Shown: positions 9,118-19,424, numbered from the stretch's first letter. The stretch: DNA of 64,000 bases from an uncultured Gemmatimonadales bacterium (GCA_963708135.1 OY970192.1:384001-448000), one strand, 5' to 3'. Program-made: numbers and translations. Notes: generated by a model from the letters alone, not told the origin.

Positions 9118-12084
9118 ATGTTCAGACGCGGTTTCCGGCTGGGCGGCATGATGGCGGTGGTGCTGTTGACGCTACCGTCCGCGCTCGCCGCGCAGGCCCG
9201 CCAGGTCAACGGCCGGGTGCTCCGCGCCGGCACCGATGAGCCGGTGCCCGCCGCGGAGGTGTCCGTGATCAGCCAGACCACTGCCGTTTCGGCGGTGACG
9301 GACGATGCCGGCCGCTTCGTCGTCTCTGCGCCGGCCGGCGAGCTGACGATCCGGGTGGATGCGGTCGGTTTCGCGTCGCAACAGGTCAAGCTCGCCGCGG
9401 ACCAGTCGAACGTGTCGATCGCGCTGAGGTTCAGCCCGTTCAAGCTGAACGCGCTGGTCGTCACCGGGCAGGCCACCACGGTGGCCCGCCGGAGCGCGAC
9501 CACGGCCATCTCCTACGTCTCGGGCCAGGAGATCAACCAGGCCCCCACTCCGTCCGTCGTGGGCGCGCTGGACGGCCGGATCTCGGGCGTGAACATCCAG
9601 AGCAACTCGGGAGCGCCGGGCGGTGGCTTCCAGATCCAGGTCCGTGGCAACAGCACCATCCGGGCCGGCTACCAGCCGGTCTACGTGGTGGATGGCGTCA
9701 TTTACTCGGACGCGGAGATCCCCGGCGGGCGCGGCTACGCCAACGCCGAGGCCTCCCCGACGACCGAAGCCGACCCGGCGAGCCGGATCGCGGACCTGAG
9801 CGCCGCCGACATCGAGAGCATCGAGGTGCTGAAGGGCGCCGCCGCCTCCTCGATCTACGGCTCCAAGGGCGCGAACGGGGTCGTCGTGATCACGACCAAG
9901 CGCGGCCGCGCCGGCACGCCGCGCTTCTCGGTCTCGCAGCGCGTCGGCATGTACACGCCGCTCAAGCTGCTCGAGACGCGCCACTGGACCGAGGCCGATG
10001 CCGTTGACGTGTATGGCAACGGCGTGCAGCAGTACTTCCAGGGAGGGTCGAGCCCCTACAACGACCTCTACGGTCAGGTCTACGACCAGCGGATGCCGTC
10101 CTATCAGACGATCGCCAGCCTGTCGGGAGGCAGCGCCGACACGCGCTATTACGTCTCGGGCGAGCTCAGCAAAGACCAGGGGATCGAGCGGAACACGGAT
10201 GCGGGGCACCAGTCGGTCCGGCTCAACCTCGACCACGACTTCAAGCCCAACCTCACCCTCGACGTGACCAGCAACTACGCCCGCTCCGCCAATGACCGGG
10301 GCTGGGACAACAACTGCAACAACTTCGGCTGCATGGGCTACGCGATCGCCTACATTCCGAGCTTCTTCGACATGTCGAAGCAGGCCGATGGGAACTACCC
10401 CGAGCCGGCCTTCGCGGGCGTGCACTCCAACCCGCTGCAGCTCGCCGCCCTGGGCGTCAACCACGAGGAGACGAACCGCTTCACGGGTGGCGGACGCCTG
10501 TCCTGGACGCCGCTCGATCGCGACAATCAGAGCTTCCGCCTGGTCGTGGCGGGCGGCCTCGACACCTTCGACCAGAACAACCAGGTCTGGACGCCCAACG
10601 AGCTCTTCTTCGAGCGCGTTTCCTCCCTCCCCGGCACGGCCGTGCAGACCAACGGCCGCAGCGTCTCGGCCGACTGGAACGTGAACGGAATCCACCGCTG
10701 GTCGCCCGGCGGAGCCGCCGGCACGACGTTCTCGACTTCTTTCGGGCTGCAGTACGAGGACCTGCGCCTGCACACGCAGCAGATCGTGACCACGAACCTG
10801 CTCCCGGGCCAGCGCAACGTCAATCAGGGCACGAACTACTCGCCTTCCGAGGCTCTGAACCACGAGCGCACCGTGGCGCTCTACGGCCAGGAGGAGACGG
10901 ACCTGTTCGATCAGCACCTCAAGCTGCAGGGCGGCCTTCGCGCCGAGCGCAGCAGCGTGAACGGCGACATCCAGAAGTTCTTCATCTACCCGAAGATCTC
11001 CGGCTCCTATCGGTTCATGGACCTGCTCGGCGCGGGCAGCGAGGTGAAGCTGCGCGCCGCCTACGGGGAGACCGGGAACCAGCCGCTGTTCAGCCAGAAG
11101 TTCACGCTGCTCGGCACGCCGCAGCTCGGCGGCCAGCAGGGCCTCACGGTCTCCACGACCTCCGGCTACCCGAACATCCAGCCCGAACGGGTCAAGGAGG
11201 TCGAGGTCGGTCTCGACGGCAGCGCCCTCGGTGATCGCCTCACCTGGGAGCTGACCGGCTTCCGGCGCCACACCACCAACCTGCTGCTTCAGCGCGTGCC
11301 CGCGCCGTCGTCCGGGTTCTCGAGCCAGCTCTTCAACGGTGGCAAGCTCCAGAACCAGGGCGTGGAGGTCGGGCTCGGCTACTCGCCCGTGGTGAGGGAG
11401 CACTTCACCTGGATCTCCCGTGCCACCTTCACCCGCTACACGAGCCTGGTCCAGGACCTCGCCGGGCTGCCGCCGTTCTTCCCGCCGCAATCGGGGTTCG
11501 GCAACCTGGGCAGGACCTACATTCAGGTGGGCCACCCGATCACGCAGCTGATCGGGTTCGATTGGGGGGATGCCGCTCACACGACGCGCGCCAGCCAGCT
11601 CTCGCAGCTCGGCAACACGGCGCCGGACTTCCGCGTCGGCTTCACCAACGACGTCCGCTACCACGCGCTCAATCTCGACGCCGTGCTCGACTGGCAGCAG
11701 GGCGGCAGCGTCATCAACCTGACCCGGTTCCTCGAGGACGACGGCCAGACGTCGCCCGACTGGGGCTCCGATGCCTGGCAGGCGCGCTATGCCGGCTACC
11801 TGCACGGCGTGATCGCGCCCTACATCGAGAGCGCGTCGTTCGTGAAGCTGCGCGAGGTCGCGCTCGACCTCAGCCTGCCGGCCGACCTGGTCTCCTCCCT
11901 CCACATCGGCGCCCGCAGCGTCCGCGTCGGACTGGCGGGCCGTAACCTGTGGATGTCGACGAAGTACAGCGGCCTCGATCCCGAGGTGGCCAACTTCGGC
12001 AGCGCATCGGTCCGCAACAACCTGGACATCAGCCCGTATCCGCCGTCGCGCAGCTTCTTCCTCAACGTCACCGTGGGGTTCTGA
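9118..12084 (+). CDS. SusC/RagA-family TonB-dependent outer membrane receptor
   Basis: GGAGGA RBS; signal peptide; SGAPGG, IQVRG, PVYVVDG, DIESIEVLKGAAASSIYGSKGANGVVVITTKRG; KYSGLDPE; terminal Phe. Confidence 0.95.
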   Translation: MFRRGFRLGGMMAVVLLTLPSALAAQARQVNGRVLRAGTDEPVPAAEVSVISQTTAVSAVTDDAGRFVVSAPAGELTIRVDAVGFASQQVKLAADQSNVSIALRFSPFKLNALVVTGQATTVARRSATTAISYVSGQEINQAPTPSVVGALDGRISGVNIQSNSGAPGGGFQIQVRGNSTIRAGYQPVYVVDGVIYSDAEIPGGRGYANAEASPTTEADPASRIADLSAADIESIEVLKGAAASSIYGSKGANGVVVITTKRGRAGTPRFSVSQRVGMYTPLKLLETRHWTEADAVDVYGNGVQQYFQGGSSPYNDLYGQVYDQRMPSYQTIASLSGGSADTRYYVSGELSKDQGIERNTDAGHQSVRLNLDHDFKPNLTLDVTSNYARSANDRGWDNNCNNFGCMGYAIAYIPSFFDMSKQADGNYPEPAFAGVHSNPLQLAALGVNHEETNRFTGGGRLSWTPLDRDNQSFRLVVAGGLDTFDQNNQVWTPNELFFERVSSLPGTAVQTNGRSVSADWNVNGIHRWSPGGAAGTTFSTSFGLQYEDLRLHTQQIVTTNLLPGQRNVNQGTNYSPSEALNHERTVALYGQEETDLFDQHLKLQGGLRAERSSVNGDIQKFFIYPKISGSYRFMDLLGAGSEVKLRAAYGETGNQPLFSQKFTLLGTPQLGGQQGLTVSTTSGYPNIQPERVKEVEVGLDGSALGDRLTWELTGFRRHTTNLLLQRVPAPSSGFSSQLFNGGKLQNQGVEVGLGYSPVVREHFTWISRATFTRYTSLVQDLAGLPPFFPPQSGFGNLGRTYIQVGHPITQLIGFDWGDAAHTTRASQLSQLGNTAPDFRVGFTNDVRYHALNLDAVLDWQQGGSVINLTRFLEDDGQTSPDWGSDAWQARYAGYLHGVIAPYIESASFVKLREVALDLSLPADLVSSLHIGARSVRVGLAGRNLWMSTKYSGLDPEVANFGSASVRNNLDISPYPPSRSFFLNVTVGF

Positions 12085-12085
12085 G

Positions 12086-13546
12086 ATGACCAGAACGAAT
12101 CCAATCCGGAGCAAGTGGGCGATGGCGCGGTGCGCCCGCATCGGCATCGCTCTGGCCGGCATTGCGGCGCTCGGCGCCTGCGGCGGGCTCGACATCACCG
12201 ACACCAACTCGCCGACCGTCGAGGAGCTGACCGGCTCGCCCTCGCGCGACGTGCTCGCGCGCGCCGCGACCGGCATCTTCGCGCAGGCCGAGACCGACGT
12301 CGGCACCGAGATCCAGTTCTACGCGCTCTACGGGCGCGAGGGCTACAACCTGCTCGGCAACGACCCGCGCGAGACGGGCGAGCAGATCCGCGGGCCGCAG
12401 GACCCGACCGGCCGCAATTCCGGCATCTGGCTGGGTCAGTACAACGCGATCCGCACGATCAACGTCTACCTGGCCGCGCTCCAGAACGTGGAGGGGCTGA
12501 GCGACGGCGAGAAGCAGGCCTCGGCCGGGTTCGCCAAGACGGTGGAGGCGTGGCACTTCCTGCGACTCGCGGTGCGCACCGGGAAGCTCGGCATTCCGAT
12601 CGACGTCGGTCGCGCCATCGACGCGCCGCCCGCGCCCTTCGTCTCCTTCTCGGACGCGCTCAAGGCGGCATCCGACATGATGGACGAGGCGTACGCCGAC
12701 CTCCAGGCCGCCGGCGGCACGGCCTTCCCCTTCACCATGGCACCCGGCTACACCGGCTTCGACTCGCCGGCGACGTTCGCGCAGTTCAACCGCGCGCTGG
12801 CGGCGAAGATCCTCGTCTACCGCGCCACCTTCGTGGGCTGCAGCGCCTGCTGGGCCGAGGCGAAGACCGCGCTCGATGCCTCGTTCGTCACCGACGCTGG
12901 CCTGCCGGGCTCCCTGTCCACCGGCGTCTATTACGCGTACTCCGCCGCGTCCGGCGAGCCGAACAACCCGGTCTCGGAGCCGACCAGCAGCAACCACCTG
13001 TGGGTCCATCCGTCCATCGTGAGCGGCGCGCAGCTCCGCGCCAACGGGGAGCCGGACCTGCGGCTGACCGAAAAGGTCCTCGACGTCGGCCACACACGTG
13101 AGCTGAACGACCTCTCGAGCTCCTACAAGCCCGTCATGTTCAACGACCCGAGCGACCCGACGCAGCCCGATCTCGGCGCGCCCATCCCCTGGATCGACAA
13201 CGAGGAGCTGCTGCTGCTCCGCGCCGAGGTCCGCTGGAACAACGGGGATAAGGCCGGCGCCATCAGTGACATCAACCTGATCCGGGAGAACTCGGGCGGG
13301 CTCCCGCCCACCACCCTGACCGCGTCCAGCGCCGACGCCGACTTCATTACGGAGCTGCTCTACAACCGGCTGTACTCGCTGCTCTGGGCGCAGGGCACGC
13401 GCTGGATCGACGCCCGCCGCTACGGCCGGCTCGACCAGCTCCCCATCGACCGCGCGGGCGACAACGTGTTCGAGAACATGATCGTGCCGGCCGACGAGTG
13501 CGCCGCGCGAGACATGGCCGCGCCGTGCACCCCGCTCGGCGGCTGA
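12086..13546 (+). CDS. SusD/RagB-family substrate-binding lipoprotein
   Basis: Lipobox LGAC; EELLLLRAE, INLIRE, GTRWIDARR motifs; directly follows susC. Confidence 0.9.
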   Translation: MTRTNPIRSKWAMARCARIGIALAGIAALGACGGLDITDTNSPTVEELTGSPSRDVLARAATGIFAQAETDVGTEIQFYALYGREGYNLLGNDPRETGEQIRGPQDPTGRNSGIWLGQYNAIRTINVYLAALQNVEGLSDGEKQASAGFAKTVEAWHFLRLAVRTGKLGIPIDVGRAIDAPPAPFVSFSDALKAASDMMDEAYADLQAAGGTAFPFTMAPGYTGFDSPATFAQFNRALAAKILVYRATFVGCSACWAEAKTALDASFVTDAGLPGSLSTGVYYAYSAASGEPNNPVSEPTSSNHLWVHPSIVSGAQLRANGEPDLRLTEKVLDVGHTRELNDLSSSYKPVMFNDPSDPTQPDLGAPIPWIDNEELLLLRAEVRWNNGDKAGAISDINLIRENSGGLPPTTLTASSADADFITELLYNRLYSLLWAQGTRWIDARRYGRLDQLPIDRAGDNVFENMIVPADECAARDMAAPCTPLGG

Positions 13547-13556
13547 GCTGAGCGCC

Positions 13557-13586
13557 ACCCGGGCGCCCGGGTCCGGGCGCCCGGGT
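13557..13586 (+). terminator. GC-rich hairpin after susD (terminator or mRNA-end structure)
   Basis: ACCCGGGCGCCCGG-GT-CCGGGCGCCCGGGT perfect inverted repeat 11 bp after the stop; no U-tract. Confidence 0.5.
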
Positions 13587-13783
13587 CCCGGTAGAGAACC
13601 CGTGTGCATGTGCATGTGCGGGTGCGTGTGCGGCGTTGGTTCGTGCCCGGATCCCGCTTGCCGGATCCCGGTTGCGGTCGCGGGCCCCGCGGCGGCGGTA
13701 GGAAGGCACTGGAAACGGAAGTAGGGCCCGGGTGGGGGCGCGGCTCAGCCGCGCCCCCACCCGCACCCGCGGTCCTGCCGTCG

Positions 13784-14158
13784 TCAGACGGCCGCGTCCG
13801 GCCTCGCCACGAAGACCCGCCCGAGCAGCCCGCCCAGCGCGCCGGTCACGACAGAGGAGAGGGTGCCGAGCAGGAGCAGCGTGACCGGCACGTCGCCGAG
13901 CATCACCGAGACGGCGATGCCGATCGCCGCACAGGCGCCGCCCGCGAGCGCGCCGCCGCCCGCGGCTGGGCCTCGGCCCGCCGGCCGCGACCAGAGCGCG
14001 AAGAGCACGCCGGCCACGAGCGAGATCGTGACGCCGCCCATCGCGAACCCCGCCGCGATCCCGGGAATCCAGTGCCCCGCCAGCACCATGGCCAGCTGCA
14101 GCGCCGTCCCCACGGCTGTCGCGCGGACCAGCCCGTTCATCGACTCGCGCTCCGTCAT
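13784..14158 (-). CDS. Small four-TM membrane protein
   Basis: MTERESMNGLVRATAVGTALQLAMVLAGHW...; Gly/Ala-rich hydrophobic helices; GGGAGG upstream on the minus strand. Confidence 0.75.
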   Translation of the reverse strand: MTERESMNGLVRATAVGTALQLAMVLAGHWIPGIAAGFAMGGVTISLVAGVLFALWSRPAGRGPAAGGGALAGGACAAIGIAVSVMLGDVPVTLLLLGTLSSVVTGALGGLLGRVFVARPDAAV

Positions 14159-14321
14159 GCACGTCCTCCCGCGTCGTCGGCCCCGGCCGTGCGCCGGCAT
14201 CCGCCGGCAGGGCGAAGGCCCGGCATCGTCTCCGGCCCACAAGTAGGACCGAGGCGAGGACAAGGTCAAGGATCGGCCGCCGCGGCGCGGATCCGGCCCG
14301 GCGTTTGCCGTGCCCTGTGGC

Positions 14322-15290
14322 ATGGAGACGATCCGGATCCCCAATGAGGCGACGTACGCGCCCGTCTCGCTCCTCGAGCTCGCGGTCGCCGCGCCGCTCC
14401 TCTCGCGCGTGCTTCTCGGCCACCGGCTGCCCGGCCGGGTGCTGCGCGCCGCGGCGCTCGGCCTCTACGCCGGCAGCGCCGCGCAGGACTGGGCCGAGCG
14501 GGCCGGGGTGCGCCCCGTCGACTTCCTCGCCGCCTTCGGCTGGGACGTGCGCCGGCTCCCCGTGGTCCCGATCGCGCGGCGTGAGGCCGAGGTCCGTTCG
14601 CTGGTCGAGCGCGTGAACGAGGGCTGGGTGGACGTGCGCCCGTCCCGCCGCGAGGTCGCCGAGATGGTGGACCATCACCTGACCGCAGTGATCGCCATGA
14701 TCACCGGCCAGCGTGTCCTCACCAGCACCGCGGTGCGCGGCTTCGCCCTCGCCGGCCTCCTCTTCCCCTTCGCGCTCGGCGCCACGGATCTGCTCTCCGG
14801 CGACATCGCCGTGCTCCACGACACCGGCCCGTTCGAGCCCCACGTGCTCGCCCACGAGTTCGCCCACCGCAAGGGCTACCTCAAGGAGCTGCACGCGCAG
14901 GTGCTCGCCTACATCGCGCTCTCCGGCTCCGGCGAGCCGCTGCTCGTCCAGGCCGCGCTCTGCGAGCGCCTGCTCCGCCAGCTGTCCGTGCTGGCCGGGC
15001 CCGAGAACGGGGCCGCACTCCGCCGCCGCATCCGCGAGGCCGGACTCCGCCCCGAGGCCGAGCGCTGGTTCCTCGCGCTCCGCCCGCCGCTCGGCTCCGT
15101 CGAGGCGCCCCTGTTCCGCGCCCTCAAGGGCCTCTACGACCTCCGCCTCCGCATGACCGGTCAGAACGGCCTCTCCGATTACGACGCCGGATTCACCGCC
15201 TTCCTGTACGGCATGGAGACGGCCCCCGCCGCCATCCCGCTCCCGCCTGCCGGCCGCCTCGAGGAGGACGACCGCGCCGCCTCCGAGTAG
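14322..15290 (+). CDS. DUF3810-like putative zinc metallopeptidase
   Basis: PHVLAHEFAHRKGYLKE (HExxH plus downstream Glu) followed by AQVLAYIAL. Confidence 0.65.
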   Translation: METIRIPNEATYAPVSLLELAVAAPLLSRVLLGHRLPGRVLRAAALGLYAGSAAQDWAERAGVRPVDFLAAFGWDVRRLPVVPIARREAEVRSLVERVNEGWVDVRPSRREVAEMVDHHLTAVIAMITGQRVLTSTAVRGFALAGLLFPFALGATDLLSGDIAVLHDTGPFEPHVLAHEFAHRKGYLKELHAQVLAYIALSGSGEPLLVQAALCERLLRQLSVLAGPENGAALRRRIREAGLRPEAERWFLALRPPLGSVEAPLFRALKGLYDLRLRMTGQNGLSDYDAGFTAFLYGMETAPAAIPLPPAGRLEEDDRAASE

Positions 15291-15488
15291 GACGGACGGG
15301 CTGCGGGCTCCGGCCCGCCGGGTCGTGCACGAGCCGCCGCGGCCCTCGAGAAGTGATGGAACCCGACCGGCCCGGCCGGGGGTATGTGAGCACGTTCCGA
15401 GCAGTTCCCCGCAAAACCGAACGCCCGTGTCGGGCCGCCCGCGTGAGCGAATCCGCACGCGTGTCGCGGTCCTGGGCACAGGAGATCA

Positions 15489-16334
15489 ATGCACCGACGT
15501 CCGCTCTCGATCGCCGTCGCGGTCCTCGCCCTCGGCTCGACCGGCGCGTTCGCCGCGCGCCCGCACGGCCCCCTCGGTGCCCCGGCTCTCCCCGCCGTGC
15601 GCGCGGTCGCGACCCTGGCGGCCGACACGCCGCAGGGCACCGACGCGCGCGTGCTGCTGGCGTCGTCGTCGTCGCCGGCGCCGCCTGCGCCGGATGCGCC
15701 GGCCGGGCGCGTCGCGGCGGCGCTCGACGCCCTTTCCCCACGCGCAGGCAGGACGAGCGCGCCGGAGGCGCTGCGCCGCGCCTTCGAGGCGTACTACGCG
15801 TTCCGGGCCGAGCACGGCGACGAGGTGCGGAAGCCCTACCTCTACTTCGTCGACTACGGGCTGGACAACCATACGCCGCGCGGCTGGGTCTTCGACATGG
15901 ACGCGATGCGCCTGGTCGAGGGGCCGTTCACGGTGGCCCATGGGCGGGGATCGGCGCGCGCCCGGGACGGCGTGCCGACCCGCTTCTCGAACTCGCCGGG
16001 CAGCGCAGCCTCGTCGCTGGGGCTGTTCCTGACGCAGGAGACCTACGGCTTCAGCGGCCACGCGGGCCGGCGGCTCTACCACTCGGTCGGGCTGCGCCTC
16101 GAAGGCGAGTCCGGCCGCTTCAACGACGCCGCCCGCGCGCGCGGCGTGGTCGTCCACGGCGCGCCCTACGTCTCGGCCCGCGGCGCGGGGCGGAGCGAGG
16201 GCTGCCCGGCCATGTCGCAGGACCGGGCCCACCGCCTGATCCCGATGCTCGCGGAGGGAAGCCTGGTGTTCCTGTACTCCCCGAACGACACGGCCTGGCT
16301 GGACCACGGCCCCTGGGTGGGCGGCGGCCGTTGA
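15489..16334 (+). CDS. Murein L,D-transpeptidase catalytic-domain protein (YkuD_2-like), exported
   Basis: AGGAG RBS; signal peptide; VAHGRGS, FSNSPGSAASSLG, VVVHGAPYV, GRSEGCPA (catalytic His/Cys). Confidence 0.88.
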   Translation: MHRRPLSIAVAVLALGSTGAFAARPHGPLGAPALPAVRAVATLAADTPQGTDARVLLASSSSPAPPAPDAPAGRVAAALDALSPRAGRTSAPEALRRAFEAYYAFRAEHGDEVRKPYLYFVDYGLDNHTPRGWVFDMDAMRLVEGPFTVAHGRGSARARDGVPTRFSNSPGSAASSLGLFLTQETYGFSGHAGRRLYHSVGLRLEGESGRFNDAARARGVVVHGAPYVSARGAGRSEGCPAMSQDRAHRLIPMLAEGSLVFLYSPNDTAWLDHGPWVGGGR

Positions 16335-16335
16335 C

Positions 16336-17313
16336 GTGACGCCGTACCTCACCGCGCTCGTCGTCCATCCCGACTGCGCGCGCCACGACACCGGCTGGCG
16401 CCACCCCGAGCACCAGGGGCGGCTGCCGGCCATCGTGAGCGCCATCTACCACGACACCCCCGCCCTCCTCGAGCCGATGCTCCAGCGGGAGGCGACGCCG
16501 GCCGCTCCGCGCGACCTGCTCGCGGTCCACACCCCAGGCCACGTCGAGCTCGTGCGCCGCACCGCCGCGGAAGCCGAGCGCCAGGGTGAGCCGCTCTCGC
16601 TCGACGCCGACACCATCGTCTCCGGCGCCTCGTGGGACGCTGCCCTCGCCGCCGCGGGCTGCGCCATCACCGCAGCCTCACTCGTCCTCGACGGCGAGGC
16701 CCGCACCGCGTTCGCCCTCAGCCGGCCGCCCGGCCACCACGCCACCGCGGACCGCGCCATGGGCTTCTGCCTCTTCAACAACGTCGCCCTCGCCGCCCGT
16801 CACGCCCAGGCCCTGCGGCCCGGGCTCCGCGTGCTCATTTTCGACTGGGACGTGCACCACGGGAACGGCACCCAGGACATCTTCTACGGCGACCCGTCCG
16901 TCTTCTACCTCTCCATCCACCTCGCCGCCCACTATCCCGGCACCGGCCACGCCGACGAGCGCGGCGTCGGGGAGGGGGAGGGGACCACCCTCAACCTGCC
17001 GCTCCCCCACGCTACTCCCGCCGCCGACTACCTCGCCCTCGCCGGCGAGGCGCTCGCCGCCGCCTTCGACGCCTTCCGCCCCGGGCTCGTCCTCGTCTCC
17101 GCCGGCCTCGACTGCCTTGCCGGTGACCCGCTCGGCGGCCTTCGTCTCGAGCCCGCCGACCTGCACGCGCTGACCCGTCGCGTGCTCGACCTGGCGGCGA
17201 CCACCGCCGACGGCCGCGTCGCCGCCGTCCTGGAGGGCGGCTACGCCCCCGCCCGCGCCGGCGCCGGCGTCGTCGCCGTGCTACGCGCCATGGCGGGTCT
17301 GGCCTCGCCCTGA
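16336..17313 (+). CDS. Zn-dependent histone-deacetylase-family protein (AcuC/AphA-like)
   Basis: HPE, RPPGHHA, MGFCLFNN, DWDVHHGNGTQDIF, SAGLD...DPLG, LEGGY. Confidence 0.95.
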   Translation: MTPYLTALVVHPDCARHDTGWRHPEHQGRLPAIVSAIYHDTPALLEPMLQREATPAAPRDLLAVHTPGHVELVRRTAAEAERQGEPLSLDADTIVSGASWDAALAAAGCAITAASLVLDGEARTAFALSRPPGHHATADRAMGFCLFNNVALAARHAQALRPGLRVLIFDWDVHHGNGTQDIFYGDPSVFYLSIHLAAHYPGTGHADERGVGEGEGTTLNLPLPHATPAADYLALAGEALAAAFDAFRPGLVLVSAGLDCLAGDPLGGLRLEPADLHALTRRVLDLAATTADGRVAAVLEGGYAPARAGAGVVAVLRAMAGLASP

Positions 17314-17334
17314 CTCCCGCCGCCCCGTTTCCGG

Positions 17335-17364
17335 TTGACCGCCTTCTCCGCTCCCGTCTACATT
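17335..17364 (+). promoter_or_regulatory. Candidate sigma70 promoter for the methyltransferase-peptidase-gvpL-priA run
   Basis: TTGACC (17335-17340), N18, TACATT (17359-17364), ~40 bp upstream of ATG 17406. Confidence 0.5.
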
Positions 17365-17405
17365 CCGCCAATGCTTGGACTCCCGCTCCGCGCGGACACG
17401 CGCGC

Positions 17406-18197
17406 ATGAGCACCTCGGCCAGGGCCCGCCTGGCCCGGTCCGCCCCGCCGGGCGGCGCGGACCTCTACCGGCACGTGGCGCGCATGGTCGAGCTCGCTCC
17501 CGGCGCCGAGCTGGTCGTGGTGCCGTGCGGCGATGGCGCCACCGTCGAGTACCTGGCGGAGCTGAGCGGGGCCGCCGGCGCCGGCGCCGACCCCGATCAG
17601 GCGCAGGTCGATCGGGCCCTGGCCAGCGCCCGCGAGGCGCATCGCGAGACCCGGCTCCACTACGAGCACGCCCCGCTCGAGGACCTGCCGTACCGGGACG
17701 CCGTCTTCGATCTCGCCGTCGGCGAGATCGGGCTCGCCCGCGCGCGCGATGCCGGCGCCGCCGTGCGCGAGCTGGCGCGCGTCACCAAGCCGCTCGGCAC
17801 GGTGGTTCTCATCCAGCTCTCGTGGAACCGGCAGCTCGATCCGGAGCGGCGTCGCCTTCTGGTCGAGACGCTCGGCCTGACGCCGCTGCTGGTCGTCGAG
17901 TGGAAGCAGATGCTGCGCGATGCCGGCGTCGTGGAGCTCACGGTGGAGGACTGGTTCGATGCGGCACGGGCGCTGCTCGCGCCCGAGCCGCTCGTGGGCT
18001 GGCTCGGCGAGCTGCTCGCGCTGCCCGGCAGGATCGCGCGCCTGCTGCGCGCCTGGCGCCGCCACGGCGTCGGCGGCGCGCGCGACGCCCGCCGACGGGC
18101 GCACGAGTTGCGACGCTTGATCCAGAAGGAGCGGGTCCTCGCGCTTTCGGTCATCCGCGGCACGCGCTGGGAGGCGGCGGCGGACTCCAGCGAATGA
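17406..18197 (+). CDS. Class I SAM-dependent methyltransferase
   Basis: LVVVPCGDG (variant motif I), EDLPYRDAVFD, VRELARVTKPLG. Confidence 0.85.
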   Translation: MSTSARARLARSAPPGGADLYRHVARMVELAPGAELVVVPCGDGATVEYLAELSGAAGAGADPDQAQVDRALASAREAHRETRLHYEHAPLEDLPYRDAVFDLAVGEIGLARARDAGAAVRELARVTKPLGTVVLIQLSWNRQLDPERRRLLVETLGLTPLLVVEWKQMLRDAGVVELTVEDWFDAARALLAPEPLVGWLGELLALPGRIARLLRAWRRHGVGGARDARRRAHELRRLIQKERVLALSVIRGTRWEAAADSSE

Positions 18198-18213
18198 TCA
18201 CACGGGAGGGGGC

Positions 18214-19422
18214 GTGAGCGATATGAAAGGGAGCGGCTTCGGCCGCATCCGGGAGCTGCTGCCCGAGATGCAGGCGGCGCTCGGGGAGCTCGGGCTGGAC
18301 GGCTGGCTGCTCTACGATCTGCACGCGCGCAACGGCGTCGCCTCGCGGCTGCTCGGCCTGGGCGAGCTCTCGCGCCGGATCTTCGTCCTGATCCCCGCCG
18401 AGGGCGAGCCGGCGGCCCTCACGCACGAGATCGAGCAAGGCCCCTGGGCCGCCTGGCCATGGGCGAGCGAGCGCTACTCGGCCTGGAAGGACCTCGATGC
18501 CCTGCTCGCCCGGCTGCTCGAGGGCCGCGCCCGCGTGGCCATGGAGTACTCGCCGGCCGACGCCGTGCCCGCCATCGACCTCGTGCCCGCGGGCGTGGTC
18601 GAGCTCGTGCGGCGCGCCGGCGCCGAGGTGGTCTCCTCCGGCGATCTCGTCAGCCGCTTCTACTCGCGCTGGTCCGCCGCCGACCTCGCCTCCCACGAGC
18701 GCGCGTCCGTGGCGCTGGCCCAGGTGGCCAACGCCGCCTTCGTCCGGCTCGCGCGCGAGATGGCCGAGGGCCGCACCGTCTCCGAGGGCGATGTCCGCAC
18801 CTGGGTCCTGGCCGACCTCGAGGCCCACGGCTGCGGCACGGGTGCCGACTGCATCTCGGCCCGCGGCGTGAACGCCGCCAACCCGCACTACGAGGTGGCC
18901 GGCACCGGCGAGACGTTCCGCCGCGGCGACGCCGTGCTCCTCGACCTGTGGGCCAAGGAGTCCGCCGACTCCGTCTACGCCGACCAGACCTGGATGGCCT
19001 TCCTCGGCGACGAGGTGCCCGGCCGCGTGGCGGACCTCTTCGCCGTCATCCGCGATGCCCGCGACGCCGCCGTCGACTTCCTGCGCCGCGAGTGGGAAGC
19101 CGGACGCGAGGTCCAGGGGTATCAGGTCGATGACGTCACGCGTGGCGTGGTGGCGGAGCGCGGCTACGCCGACGCCTTCTTCCACCGCACCGGCCACTCG
19201 ATCGACCAGGCGACACACGGCATGGGCCCCAACATCGACAACCTCGAGACGCACGAGACCCGGCGGCTGCTGCCCGGCGTCGCCTTCTCGATCGAGCCCG
19301 GCATCTACCTCCGCGGCGACGTGGGGCTGCGTACCGAGATCGACGTCTACATCGGCCCCGATGGACCCCGCGTCACCACGCCCGACCCCCAGAGCGGCGT
19401 GCTGGCGCTCTTCGCCGGCTGA
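18214..19422 (+). CDS. M24 family Xaa-Pro aminopeptidase-like metallopeptidase
   Basis: NAANPHY, LLDLWAK, YADQTW, HRTGHSI, FSIEPGIY, GLRTEID. Confidence 0.92.
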   Translation: MSDMKGSGFGRIRELLPEMQAALGELGLDGWLLYDLHARNGVASRLLGLGELSRRIFVLIPAEGEPAALTHEIEQGPWAAWPWASERYSAWKDLDALLARLLEGRARVAMEYSPADAVPAIDLVPAGVVELVRRAGAEVVSSGDLVSRFYSRWSAADLASHERASVALAQVANAAFVRLAREMAEGRTVSEGDVRTWVLADLEAHGCGTGADCISARGVNAANPHYEVAGTGETFRRGDAVLLDLWAKESADSVYADQTWMAFLGDEVPGRVADLFAVIRDARDAAVDFLRREWEAGREVQGYQVDDVTRGVVAERGYADAFFHRTGHSIDQATHGMGPNIDNLETHETRRLLPGVAFSIEPGIYLRGDVGLRTEIDVYIGPDGPRVTTPDPQSGVLALFAG

Positions 19423-19424
19423 GC

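Noticed and set aside
9172..12306. Very long antisense or alternate-frame ORFs (also 19347..22487, 47452..50556, 50805..54518, 57303..59460 and others)
   Set aside because: Shadow ORFs expected at very high GC opposite or overlapping well-supported genes; low-complexity R/A/G/P composition and no motifs.
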